From: Gammaproteobacteria bacterium
GTDB lineage: Bacteria; Pseudomonadota; Gammaproteobacteria; PIVX01
Direction: 5' to 3'
Length of the DNA: 64,000 nucleotides
Assembly (NCBI GenBank): GCA_003353785.1
Contig: PIVX01000004.1
Span: forward strand, 47,163 to 111,162
Shown: positions 30,799-39,901 of the stretch, in pieces
Layout of the letters: each line of letters opens with the position of its first letter
Numbering within the stretch: the stretch's first letter is position 1
Translations under genes and position numbers: made by a program
The notes under the pieces: model-generated
Database searches by the model: none
Told to the model about the DNA's origin: nothing
The model's input: only the letters and a program-made list of their open reading frames with translations

Positions 30799-31437
30799 TT
30801 ATGACAATGACTGTTGTTCTAAGTAGTATCCACAGTGCTTTGTTAGGAAGCATGAGTCGCAGTCTGGCTTTCTAGCCTTACAAATGTATCTACCGTGTAG
30901 AATAAGCCAGTGGTGGGCATCTAGTAAGAATTGTTTTGGAATATTATTTTCTAACTGTTGTTCTACTGCTAAAGGAGTTTTACCTTTAGCTATGCCTAAT
31001 CTGTTAGATATTCTGAATATATGGGTATCTACAGCTATAGTTGGTTTGCCAAAAGCTGTATTTAAAATAACATTAGCAGTTTTCCTGCCTACTCCAGGGA
31101 GTTCTTCTAGTTCTAGCCTAGTGTTTGGCACTTCACTATTATGTTTATCAATTAGTATTTTACATAAAGCAATAATATTTCGTGCTTTCGTATTGAATAA
31201 GCCGATAGATTGGATATATGTTTTTAGCTTTTTTTCTCCTAAATTATAAATCTGAACGGGAGTATTATAATGAATAAAAAGTTTTACGGTGGCCTTATTA
31301 ACACTTTTATCGGTTGCCTGAGCTGATAAAACTACAGCTACTAATAGTTCAAAATTACTAGAATAAATTAATTCGGTAGTGGGAGTAGGATTATTTTTTT
31401 GAAATTTTTGAAATATTTTTTTAATATCTATTTGCAT
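30799..31437 (-). CDS. nth: endonuclease III
   Basis: HhH-GPD motif LPGVGRKTANV, DTHIFR, and an FeS cluster loop C..ARKPDCDSC....C. Confidence 0.93.
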   Translation of the reverse strand: MQIDIKKIFQKFQKNNPTPTTELIYSSNFELLVAVVLSAQATDKSVNKATVKLFIHYNTPVQIYNLGEKKLKTYIQSIGLFNTKARNIIALCKILIDKHNSEVPNTRLELEELPGVGRKTANVILNTAFGKPTIAVDTHIFRISNRLGIAKGKTPLAVEQQLENNIPKQFLLDAHHWLILHGRYICKARKPDCDSCFLTKHCGYYLEQQSLS

Positions 31438-31438
31438 A

Positions 31439-31999
31439 TTATTTACTATTTAACAGTTTTTGAATGTGTTGCTGTTTTTGTTGTACGGTTTCTTTGTCTT
31501 TATTACTAATTTTTTTGAAAATATCATCTTTTTTTCCTTGTCTTTTTTGTTTAGCATAGTAGCGTGCTTTGGCAATTTCCGGTGAATATTGAGTATTATC
31601 ATTAGTTTGTTCTATACAATCAACAGGGCATGCCGGTATACATAAATTACATCCAGTACATTCTTGTTTAATAATAGTGTGCATTTTTTTTGCTGCGCCA
31701 ACTATGGCATCAACAGGACATGCCTTGATACATTTTACACAACCAATACAATCTGATTCACGTACTTTGACTATAGTTGCAGAGGATTTATGTTTATTAA
31801 TCCTGTCTAAGAAAGGAGTTGGATCACGGTTTAGGCGTTTGGCGATCTCTATTAATGTTTTGCTACCACCAGGAACACACCGATCTATGCGGTCTCCTTG
31901 GATAATTGCTTTAGCATAAGATAGACAGTCAGGATAGGTGCATTCTCTACACTGAGTTTGAGGTAGAATATTGTCAATCTCAGTAACAGTAGGATTCAT
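31439..31999 (-). CDS. RnfB/RsxB-like 4Fe-4S ferredoxin protein
   Basis: N-terminal CRECTYPDC..C cluster and two CxxCxxCxxxCP motifs (CIGCVKCIKACP, CTGCNLCIPACP). Lies next to nth, as rsxB-family genes do in enterics. Confidence 0.8.
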   Translation of the reverse strand: MNPTVTEIDNILPQTQCRECTYPDCLSYAKAIIQGDRIDRCVPGGSKTLIEIAKRLNRDPTPFLDRINKHKSSATIVKVRESDCIGCVKCIKACPVDAIVGAAKKMHTIIKQECTGCNLCIPACPVDCIEQTNDNTQYSPEIAKARYYAKQKRQGKKDDIFKKISNKDKETVQQKQQHIQKLLNSK

Positions 32000-33981
32000 T
32001 ATTTAACTAACATTCCAGGAACTGCTCCACTGTCTGGAGATAGCATGTAGACATTCTCTTTATTACAAGCCATTAATACCATTCCCTCAGATATGCCAAA
32101 ACGCATTTTTCGAGGTTTTAAATTAGCAACTAATATTGTTAATCTACCTTCAATATCTTTTGGATCATAGGTCTTTTTGATCCCTGCAAATACTTGTCGT
32201 AATTTTTCTTCACCAACATCAAGTTCTAGTTTTAGTAATAAATCTGCTCCTTCTATATGAGATGCCGAGACTATCTTAGCTATTCGTAATTCAACTTTAC
32301 TAAAATCTTCGATTGTAATATGCTCGTTTTCTATTTTAGGTTTGTCTTGCTCCATATTATGTTCCTGTAGTTTTATTAATTGAGATTCTTCGATTCTTTT
32401 AGTCAATGGTGTAAATTTATTAATTGTATGTGATAGTAGGGGGGACTTTATATCTGCCCAAGTTAAACTACTAATATTTAGAAAATTCTCAATAGATATA
32501 GCCATCATGGGTATAATTGGTTTTAGATAAATTGTTAATAGTCTAAATAAATTTACCCCCATAGTACAAATATCTTGCACTAATGAAATATCTTTTTGTT
32601 TGATAAGCTGCCACGGTTTGTTTTGGTCTATATATTGATTGGTTAGATCAGCACATTCACAAATAATTCTAATTGCTTTAGAAAATTCTCTATTTTCATA
32701 TAACGTAGCGATCTGCTCTGATTTTCCAGAGACAATATTAAATAATTCTTCATTATGAAGTTTATTAGCAAGCTTATTTTCAAAGTGTTTTGCTAGGAAC
32801 CCACTACACCTACTAGCTATGTTGACAAATTTGCCAACTAAATCAGCATTAACTCTTAGCATATAGTCGTTTAAGTTAAAATCTATATCTTCCACAGTAT
32901 TTGATAACTTAGCTGCAAAATAATATCTTAAATGCTCTGGATCTAAATGGTCTAGATATTGTTTTGCTGCGATAAAATTACCGCGAGATTTAGACATTTT
33001 ATTACCATTGATAGTTAAAAATCCATGAGCAAAAATAGAAGTTGGAGTACGGTAATTACTAGCAGTTAGGATGGCTGGCCAGAATAATGCATGGAAATAG
33101 ATGATGTCTTTGCCAATGAAGTGATAAACTTCATAGTCACTATTTTTATTCCAGATCTCATCGAAATCTAATTCAGAGGTTTGAGCTGTATAGTTTAAAA
33201 TGCTAGCTAAATAGCCAATGGGAGCATCGAGCCAGACATAGAAATATTTATTTGGATGATTTGGTATTTCAAAACCGAAATATGGATGATCTCTAGATAT
33301 ATCCCAATCCCTTAAATCATTTTTGAACCATTCCAGTAATTTATTTTTTACTTCTGGTTGTAGTGAATGTGTTTTAAGCCATTCTATTAAAATTTTCTGA
33401 TAGTTATTAAGCTTAAAAAATAAATGTTCAGATTCTTTGGTAATTGGAATCGTTTGACTTAAAATAGATATGGGATCTTTCATCTCTAGAGGGCTATATG
33501 TTGCCCCGCAGTTTTCGCAGCTATCCCCATGCTGTTCTTTTGTATTGCATTTTGGACAAATTCCTTGAACATATCGATCTGGTAAAAAAATATTTTTAAC
33601 TTGATCAAAAGCTTGTTGAATTGTTTTAGAAGAAATATCTCCATTTTCTTCAAGTTTTTTAAAAATCGTATTTGCTAGTTCTCTATTTTCTTTAGAGTGA
33701 GTGGTATGGTAGTTAGAAAATTCTATATTAAATTTTGAGAAATCCTTTATATGTTGTTCTCTTATGGGTTTAATAAATTTTTCAGGATCTTGGTTTTGTT
33801 CAGCAGCTTTTAGCATAATTGGCGTACCGTGAGCATCGTCTGCACAAAAATACCAGCATTGATTACCTTTAATATTTTGAAATCTAGCCCATATATCTGT
33901 TTGAACACCTTCTAAAATATGTCCTATGTGTAAGGGGCCATTTGCATATGGTAGGGCACTAGTAATTATAATTTTACGCAT
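31999..33981 (-). CDS. metG: methionyl-tRNA synthetase
   Basis: HIGH (PYANGPLHIGH), KMSKS, a zinc knuckle (CPKC...CENC) and a C-terminal tRNA-binding domain. Confidence 0.95.
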   Translation of the reverse strand: MRKIIITSALPYANGPLHIGHILEGVQTDIWARFQNIKGNQCWYFCADDAHGTPIMLKAAEQNQDPEKFIKPIREQHIKDFSKFNIEFSNYHTTHSKENRELANTIFKKLEENGDISSKTIQQAFDQVKNIFLPDRYVQGICPKCNTKEQHGDSCENCGATYSPLEMKDPISILSQTIPITKESEHLFFKLNNYQKILIEWLKTHSLQPEVKNKLLEWFKNDLRDWDISRDHPYFGFEIPNHPNKYFYVWLDAPIGYLASILNYTAQTSELDFDEIWNKNSDYEVYHFIGKDIIYFHALFWPAILTASNYRTPTSIFAHGFLTINGNKMSKSRGNFIAAKQYLDHLDPEHLRYYFAAKLSNTVEDIDFNLNDYMLRVNADLVGKFVNIASRCSGFLAKHFENKLANKLHNEELFNIVSGKSEQIATLYENREFSKAIRIICECADLTNQYIDQNKPWQLIKQKDISLVQDICTMGVNLFRLLTIYLKPIIPMMAISIENFLNISSLTWADIKSPLLSHTINKFTPLTKRIEESQLIKLQEHNMEQDKPKIENEHITIEDFSKVELRIAKIVSASHIEGADLLLKLELDVGEEKLRQVFAGIKKTYDPKDIEGRLTILVANLKPRKMRFGISEGMVLMACNKENVYMLSPDSGAVPGMLVK

Positions 33982-34450
33982 AATATATTATTGGTTAATT
34001 AATTGTATCATTGTACAACATAGTGCTGTTGGGGATCTATATCTTATCTATGTTTTAATAAGATAAAAAAATTTATTATTAGTTAAATATTATCATAATA
34101 GGTTGTATTATAAGAAAATTTAATTTGCATTTTGAGTCAGCCAAAATTGTTTATTGATAATAATTTATAAATATCTGGTAATATTTAGCCAGGATAATGG
34201 CTTTGTGTATTGATAAGTATGCTTATATTTAAGTTTTAATGCAAATTTTATTTTCTAATTGAAATATATTTAGTTATTGAGATTAGATAATTATCAAAAA
34301 AAATATATATTGCAAATGCAAGATGAGCATAAAAATATATATATATTGACCCTTTAACAATTCATTGTAAACAACAAGTATTCTTATTTATCTAAAAGAG
34401 CTATTTAAATTCCTAATTATACCCATAAATTATTTTTTTAAAAAGTTAAT

Positions 34451-34565
34451 GTTATAATGGAATCTCCGTAACAACTAACTGCCAGGGAGGTCTACGACTA
34501 TGAGAAAACATCCATAATATAAGACCTATACAGACTCGTATTTAATATGCGAGTCTGTATATTTG
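34451..34565 (+). promoter_or_regulatory. candidate leader: extended -10, SD plus 5-codon mini-ORF (MRKHP), long hairpin, upstream of the MFS gene
   Basis: TGTTATAAT at 34451-34458. GGGAGG at 34485-34490, 9 nt before ATG AGA AAA CAT CCA TAA (34500-34517). 11-bp perfect stem at 34528-34538 / 34550-34560. Confidence 0.3.
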
Positions 34566-34638
34566 AAGGACGGTTCAAATAATTAAAAGGATTTATTTAG
34601 CCGAATAACGAAATATAAGTTTACAGGTTACAATACCA

Positions 34639-35922
34639 ATGTTTAAAAAATATAATATTGCTGCAAAATCCAGTGCTTTTGGATATTTTTCTTATTGCTA
34701 CAATAATTCTATTTTTGGTATGTTTATTGCTATTTGTATGCCATTGTTGTTTGAAGATTTCACCTTACATGAACAAAAAATTTATGGTTCTATTTGTTTT
34801 TTTGTAGGGTTCTTGTCTAGGCCATTTGGAGGATTTTTATTTGGTTTTTTAGGGGATATTAAAGGTCGTGCCTTTGCATTATCGTTTGCTAGTCTTATGG
34901 TTGTTTTGCCTACAATATGTTTGGCATTGTTACCTTCTACCGCTTATTTAAGTGGCTTTGCTTTATTATATATAATTCTATTTTTAAGATTTGCTCAAGG
35001 GATAGGTCTTGGAGGCAGTTTCTCTAATACAATTGTTTTTGTTGCTGAGCAAAGTAATATTAAAAGTCAGTTTAGTTTAACTGGGTTTATGACTTCGGCT
35101 GGTTTTTTTGGTGCATCGATCGCCACCCTAATAGGCTTTCTAGCAGCTATTTTTCTTCAAGAGGATCTTGCTTGGAGATTTAGTTTATTTCTTGGAGGAA
35201 TAGTAGGATATGTTGCTTATCTAATGATTAGTAGAATTAAAGAATCAATACAATTGAATCAAGAAGTAAATAGTTTATATACCCTAGTTGAACATTTTAA
35301 AGAATATAAAGTAATTTTATTTATAGTGTTTTTATTAGGTGGGCTAAATTTATTTCCAATTTATCTGTCTACTATTTATATGAACTATGTGTTGGTTAAT
35401 TATTTGGGTTATAAAACTTTAGGGGTAATGTTAAATAATACTCTAATGCTTGGCTTAACTGGACTTTTTGTTTGGTTATCTGTTCCGTTATTAGAGAAAT
35501 ATGGACCTTTTAGATTATTAAAAAATACTATGTTTTACTATATACTATTGGCAGTTCCTATGTATGTATTAGCTTTTTACTTTGAAAACACTATTAGCTT
35601 TTGTGCTTTACAGATCTTTTTATTATTAGGTGATGGGCCTATGATTCTAGCTGTTTTCTATTTAGTGCCGAGGCTCTTTCCTAATCATATTAGGTGTAGT
35701 TCTGTTGGAGTAAGTTTTACTTTAGGAAACGCTCTGATAGGAGGGTGTGTACCATTATTTGCTAGTTATTTTGCTTACATTGGGGGGAGTGAGAGCATTG
35801 TTTCATTATTGTTATTATTTGTAGCTATAGTCTTTTTACTTATTATTGTAATCTTAGAAAGACGTCCTGCTCATCTGGATATTTTTAGTCAGGAGTTAAG
35901 CCTCAGCAGTAGCAGAGGTTAG
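34639..35922 (+). CDS. MFS transporter (ProP/metabolite:H+ symporter-like)
   Basis: 427 aa, ~12 hydrophobic segments, and an MFS loop motif GFLGDIKGR. Confidence 0.85.
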   Translation: MFKKYNIAAKSSAFGYFSYCYNNSIFGMFIAICMPLLFEDFTLHEQKIYGSICFFVGFLSRPFGGFLFGFLGDIKGRAFALSFASLMVVLPTICLALLPSTAYLSGFALLYIILFLRFAQGIGLGGSFSNTIVFVAEQSNIKSQFSLTGFMTSAGFFGASIATLIGFLAAIFLQEDLAWRFSLFLGGIVGYVAYLMISRIKESIQLNQEVNSLYTLVEHFKEYKVILFIVFLLGGLNLFPIYLSTIYMNYVLVNYLGYKTLGVMLNNTLMLGLTGLFVWLSVPLLEKYGPFRLLKNTMFYYILLAVPMYVLAFYFENTISFCALQIFLLLGDGPMILAVFYLVPRLFPNHIRCSSVGVSFTLGNALIGGCVPLFASYFAYIGGSESIVSLLLLFVAIVFLLIIVILERRPAHLDIFSQELSLSSSRG

Positions 35923-36834
35923 CTGTGCAAATTTTTTTGTATTATCTGTATTTATATTTTTAAAGTATTCTCTAATAAATTTCCCTGTTTTATTTAGGGA
36001 TAAATTATCTTTCCAATAGGCTGGGTATGTAAAGCACATAATAACTATTGGGCCATTAATCTCAGGTAATATTCTAACAAATTCATAATTTTTAGCCATT
36101 ATTGATTCTAAAGACAAAGACAGTATGCCTTGACCTTCTGCTGCGGCTCTAACTAATCCTGCAGTAGTATTTATGCATGTGACGTTATCTAGTGGAATAT
36201 TGGCTCTGTTTATATGCCAATTTAATGTTGGATAACTCTTATGATCAAAATCTTTAGTAAAACTTAAAAAATGGTGCCTTTGTAAATCTTCTAAATTTTC
36301 TGGTAACCCATATCTTTTTATATAAGTTTTTGATGCCCATAAGCTAGAATGAAATTTAAGTAAAGGTAACTGTATTAAATGAGTACTTTCAGAATTGTAA
36401 GGGGTAATTGATATTATACTACCTAGTTTTTGACTATCAATTAGATAATCGTCAGTTATGAAATTCAGTTTTATATTGGGTAGTTGTATTTTAAAATTTG
36501 AAAGCATGGGCACCAACCAATCTTCAATTATTGATGCGGTCGTATATATATTAATTTTACCTGCTTCTAAGTTTGGATCATTATTCATAAGATTTAATAA
36601 AGACTCGTATGTATCGACAAGTAATGGAACAGTTTTGTAGAATATTTCCCCAGGCCTCGTAAGTTTTATTGGCCCTGCACGAAAATTCCTTATAATTAAT
36701 TTATGACCTATTTCTTCTTCTAGGCTGCTTATTCTTCTAGATACAAAAGAAAGAGATAGTTTTTGGCTATCTGCTAGTTTGCTAAAATTTCCTGCTGTTA
36801 CTAGTGCATTGAAGAGCTTTAATTTTTCAAAAAA
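35896..36834 (-). CDS. LysR-family transcriptional regulator
   Basis: N-terminal HTH MFFEKLKLFNALVTAGNFSKLADSQKLSLSFVSRRISSLEEEIGHKLI. ATG at 36834 preferred; the ORF is also open from a GTG at 36864. The 3' end overlaps the convergent MFS gene. Confidence 0.85.
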   Translation of the reverse strand, partial: FFEKLKLFNALVTAGNFSKLADSQKLSLSFVSRRISSLEEEIGHKLIIRNFRAGPIKLTRPGEIFYKTVPLLVDTYESLLNLMNNDPNLEAGKINIYTTASIIEDWLVPMLSNFKIQLPNIKLNFITDDYLIDSQKLGSIISITPYNSESTHLIQLPLLKFHSSLWASKTYIKRYGLPENLEDLQRHHFLSFTKDFDHKSYPTLNWHINRANIPLDNVTCINTTAGLVRAAAEGQGILSLSLESIMAKNYEFVRILPEINGPIVIMCFTYPAYWKDNLSLNKTGKFIREYFKNINTDNTKKFAQLTSATAEA

Positions 36835-37259
36835 CATTGCCAATCCTATTGACTTATTAAGCACTTTTGAATACTATTATTTCCTGAATATGTATTGTAG
36901 CTTTTCAAGAAAAAAAAGCAATACCTAGAAACTGAAATACTGGCATGGAAAAGTATTACTTAGATCAGAAACTTTTAATCTAAGTAGTATAGCTAACAAA
37001 AAATACAATCTAATTTATAGATTGTATGTATTTTTGCTTAGTGCATTGCTATAGCAACATACAGTTGCTTATCATGGGGTGAAATGTTGTTTACGGGTAG
37101 GAATTTATTGGCAATCAATAATTTATTTTAGATTATGAGGTTGCCAATTTATTTCTGAACTAGTAGATCAAAAATTTTCTACTATCTGAAAAAATAATAG
37201 TTATGTAACATACTGACTAAGTAACTATTTGGTTCATAGTCAAAGTCATGAAATATTGA

Positions 37260-37469
37260 CATCCTCACCCACCTAAAATATCTGTATCTAAATTAATGAA
37301 TAGCCTAAAAGGTGGATCTAGCAGATATTTAAAAATCCATTTCCCTGAATTAGAAAAATACTATTGGGGAAATGCTTTATGATCTCCCAGTTACTTTGCT
37401 GGTAGTTGTGGTGGTGCACCTTTAGAAATCATCAAAGAATATATTAGAGCTCAAGAGACACCTAACTAG
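37260..37469 (+). pseudogene. IS200/IS605-family tnpA (Y1 transposase) C-terminal remnant
   Basis: Translation HPPKISVSKLMNSLKGGSSRYLKIHFPELEKYYWGNAL*SPSYFAGSCGGAPLEIIKEYIRAQETPN. There is an in-frame TGA where Trp is expected, and the N-terminal catalytic half is absent. Confidence 0.75.
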
Positions 37470-37652
37470 ACGAGTGCTTTATATCCTCCACCTGAAGGAA
37501 TAGGTTTTATGGCACGATGTTGATAAACTGAAAATTAAATTGGTTCCTTAGGAGTTAATCTATAATTAAATTTCTCTTTTACGGAGTATTGCTTATTCAT
37601 AATATCATCGTAATATTTATTCTTGAGGAATATTTCCCTAATCAGCAAAGGT

Positions 37653-37907
37653 ATGGAGTTCTACAAAAAAATATTTGTAATAATTTTATTAGTACTTATT
37701 CATTGTTCCCAAGCAATAGAAATTATTATTAAAAATGATACAAGGAGACATATTGCTAAATATGAATTAATTGTACACGAGTTTGAGAAAGGGTTTAAGT
37801 TTTTTACTAGTGGAAAAAATCTATCTGCGGATACAAGTGAAACTAAAGAGACGGGTATTAATTCTGGTTTGATATGCATTTACCTTAGTTTTGGGGTACA
37901 TAAATAA
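37653..37907 (+). CDS. small hypothetical exported protein
   Basis: 84 aa from the ATG at 37653. Signal-like MEFYKKIFVIILLVLIHCSQA. Confidence 0.45.
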   Translation: MEFYKKIFVIILLVLIHCSQAIEIIIKNDTRRHIAKYELIVHEFEKGFKFFTSGKNLSADTSETKETGINSGLICIYLSFGVHK

Positions 37908-37998
37908 TTAAAGCTAAATAGTTAGATGTCGGTCTAATTCTGGTTCTGATATTCTAGCTTTTTAAAAATTGGAATGAATGCCACAGAAGGAGTACACT

Positions 37999-38334
37999 AT
38001 GTCAAAAAAACTATTTATACCAAGCATTGCTGAAATAGCAGAAAAAGATCTGGAATATTATGAAGAATTTTTGCAGTCTAATGCAATGGCTTATACAATT
38101 AAGTTAGTGATAGAAGGAAAGAATAACGGTTCGCAACTTTTTATTAAATCTATAGTACCAGCAAAAATTGGTACATTGTGTTGTGCCATGATTTTATCTG
38201 AAGGTAATCAATCAAGGGCATCTAGATTATTAGGTATTAGTAGAGGTACTATGCGGCAATATTTATTAAGGTACTTTGATCTATTAGACATTGGTACAAG
38301 TGATAATATTGGGAATTATCCTAAGATATTATAA
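37999..38334 (+). CDS. Fis-type HTH DNA-binding protein
   Basis: C-terminal GNQSRASRLLGISRGTMRQYLLRY matches the Fis HTH (GNQTRAA..GINRGTLRKKLKKY). GAAGGAG lies 6 nt upstream of the ATG at 37999. Confidence 0.7.
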   Translation: MSKKLFIPSIAEIAEKDLEYYEEFLQSNAMAYTIKLVIEGKNNGSQLFIKSIVPAKIGTLCCAMILSEGNQSRASRLLGISRGTMRQYLLRYFDLLDIGTSDNIGNYPKIL

Positions 38335-38440
38335 TCTGTTATATTGATAACATATTGTATGATATATTTGGAAGAATTATTCTTGCTAAATAAGATCGTA
38401 TTTGTTAGCCTTTTAACAGGATTTTTTAATTATTTTAGTA

Positions 38441-39268
38441 ATGGATAATATAAGTAGCTTATTATTACAATTTAACAATGAAATTAGGTTGAGTGGTTTC
38501 TTTGGTATATTTATTATTCTGAGCTTTTGTGAAATTTATATTCCAAGGCGGCAACTAATAGTTGCAAAATATCGTAGATGGTATGCTAATCTAGGAATTA
38601 TTATTATCAATAGTTTATTAGTTGAGATAATTTTTCCTGGTATCTTGATTATAGTGTCTGTTTGGGCGTATAGAAATAATATAGGGATATTAAATTATTT
38701 AGATTTTCCCATATTAGTTAATATGGTTGTTTCAGTATTATTCTTAGACTTTGCTATCTATGTTCAGCATGTGGCATTCCATAGGTTTAATTTTCTATGG
38801 AAAATTCATAAGGTGCACCATGTAGATCTTGATCTGGATGTTACAACGGGACTTAGATTCCATCCATTTGAAATAATAATATCACTACTTATAAAGGCTA
38901 TAATAGTATTAGCAATAGGAATTTCTGCTGTGAATGTTATAATATTTCAAATAATACTTAATACTACTAGCATGTTTAATCACAGCAATATTAGTCTTCC
39001 AAATTTTTTGGATAGAGTATTACGTTATTTAATTGTGACTCCTGATATGCATTTAGTGCATCATTCTGATATTCTCGAGGAAAATAATAGTAATTATGGT
39101 TTTAATTTGTCTATCTGGGACAAAATATTTAAAACTTATCTAGTTTCTCCTAAGTCTGGTTTAGATAATATGCGTATTGGAGTGCCTCATTACAAAGACC
39201 AAAGATATTCTAAAAATTTACTAGTCATCTTATTTTTACCATTAAAACGTCGAAGAAAAAATTTTTAG
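38441..39268 (+). CDS. fatty-acid hydroxylase / sterol desaturase superfamily membrane protein
   Basis: Histidine boxes HVAFH, HKVHHVD and HLVHH in a 4-5 TM protein. Confidence 0.8.
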   Translation: MDNISSLLLQFNNEIRLSGFFGIFIILSFCEIYIPRRQLIVAKYRRWYANLGIIIINSLLVEIIFPGILIIVSVWAYRNNIGILNYLDFPILVNMVVSVLFLDFAIYVQHVAFHRFNFLWKIHKVHHVDLDLDVTTGLRFHPFEIIISLLIKAIIVLAIGISAVNVIIFQIILNTTSMFNHSNISLPNFLDRVLRYLIVTPDMHLVHHSDILEENNSNYGFNLSIWDKIFKTYLVSPKSGLDNMRIGVPHYKDQRYSKNLLVILFLPLKRRRKNF

Positions 39269-39400
39269 CACCAGCGCCGTCAACGATCTTTATTAATAGT
39301 GGTAATGTGGTTGCTCTTTGTCATGAATGACGAAGCTTCTAACTTCCAGGCTACAGCTGACAAGTAGTCAGTCTTAGGCAAGCTTCCATTGGTCAAAACC

Positions 39401-39418
39401 AAAAGCCCTTCGGCTTTT
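39401..39418 (+). terminator. stem-loop AAAAGCC-CTTC-GGCTTTT (terminator or IS-end hairpin)
   Basis: 7-bp stem with a tetraloop, about 130 nt downstream of the hydroxylase gene and just upstream of the second tnpA remnant. Confidence 0.4.
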
Positions 39419-39473
39419 AATTTCAAGATACCTTGTTGTTTTATATTCTTTGCTATATTTATATCCCTCGTGA

Positions 39474-39680
39474 GTAATGCCTATTGCAATGTTAGTTAAT
39501 TCACTCAAAGATCTCTCTAGTGGAATGCTTAGCAAAGAATTCGTTGTATTCAAAACATCTTATTGGGGCGATAGTGTTGCATTATGGAATAGGGTTATTT
39601 TATGGCTTCGGTTGGAGGAGCGCTGGTTGAGGTTCTTTGATAATATCTAGAATAGCAGCAAACGCTTGAGTAGAGCCCTT
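39474..39680 (+). pseudogene. second, more decayed IS200/IS605-family tnpA remnant (frameshifted)
   Basis: Frame 1 reads MLVNSLKDLSSGMLSKEFVVFKTSYWGDSVALWNR. After a frameshift it continues YFMASVGGALVEVL followed by stop codons. This follows the tnpA C-terminal pattern KG.SS..L.KEF......WG..LWS.GYF..SVGG. Confidence 0.6.
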
Positions 39681-39901
39681 ATTAATGACGATCGATGGTT
39701 TACGGTGTTGTTACTAAAATATCAGCTATCAAAATCCATATTTTATCAACATGTTATTACCTTGGCGGCTGGTTTTTAGATATTAATATCTCTGAAATAT
39801 ATACAAATATATGTGTTTGAATTAGATAGTATTTAATTAATATATTGCCAAAAAGTGTTTTTTATGGTATATTATGCCTAATAAATAAACAAATGTTCAT
39901 T

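Noticed and set aside
33982-34450. Long AT-rich intergenic stretch containing (AT)n and poly-A/T runs, examined for CRISPR-like or tandem repeats and for known RNA genes.
   Set aside because: There is no regular repeat-spacer periodicity and no recognisable structured RNA. It looks like ordinary AT-rich promoter or spacer DNA.
37003-37035. Palindrome ATACAATCT-AATTTA-TAGATTGTAT in the LysR/IS-remnant spacer, considered as a terminator or IS end.
   Set aside because: It is AT-only, is not positioned after any gene on either strand, and cannot be tied to the tnpA remnant about 230 nt away.
39270-39420. Calling a tnpB pseudogene immediately after the hydroxylase gene.
   Set aside because: Only short, frame-hopping strings resemble TnpB C-termini, which is not enough for a feature call. 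It is mentioned only as a hypothesis within the IS-remnant finding.
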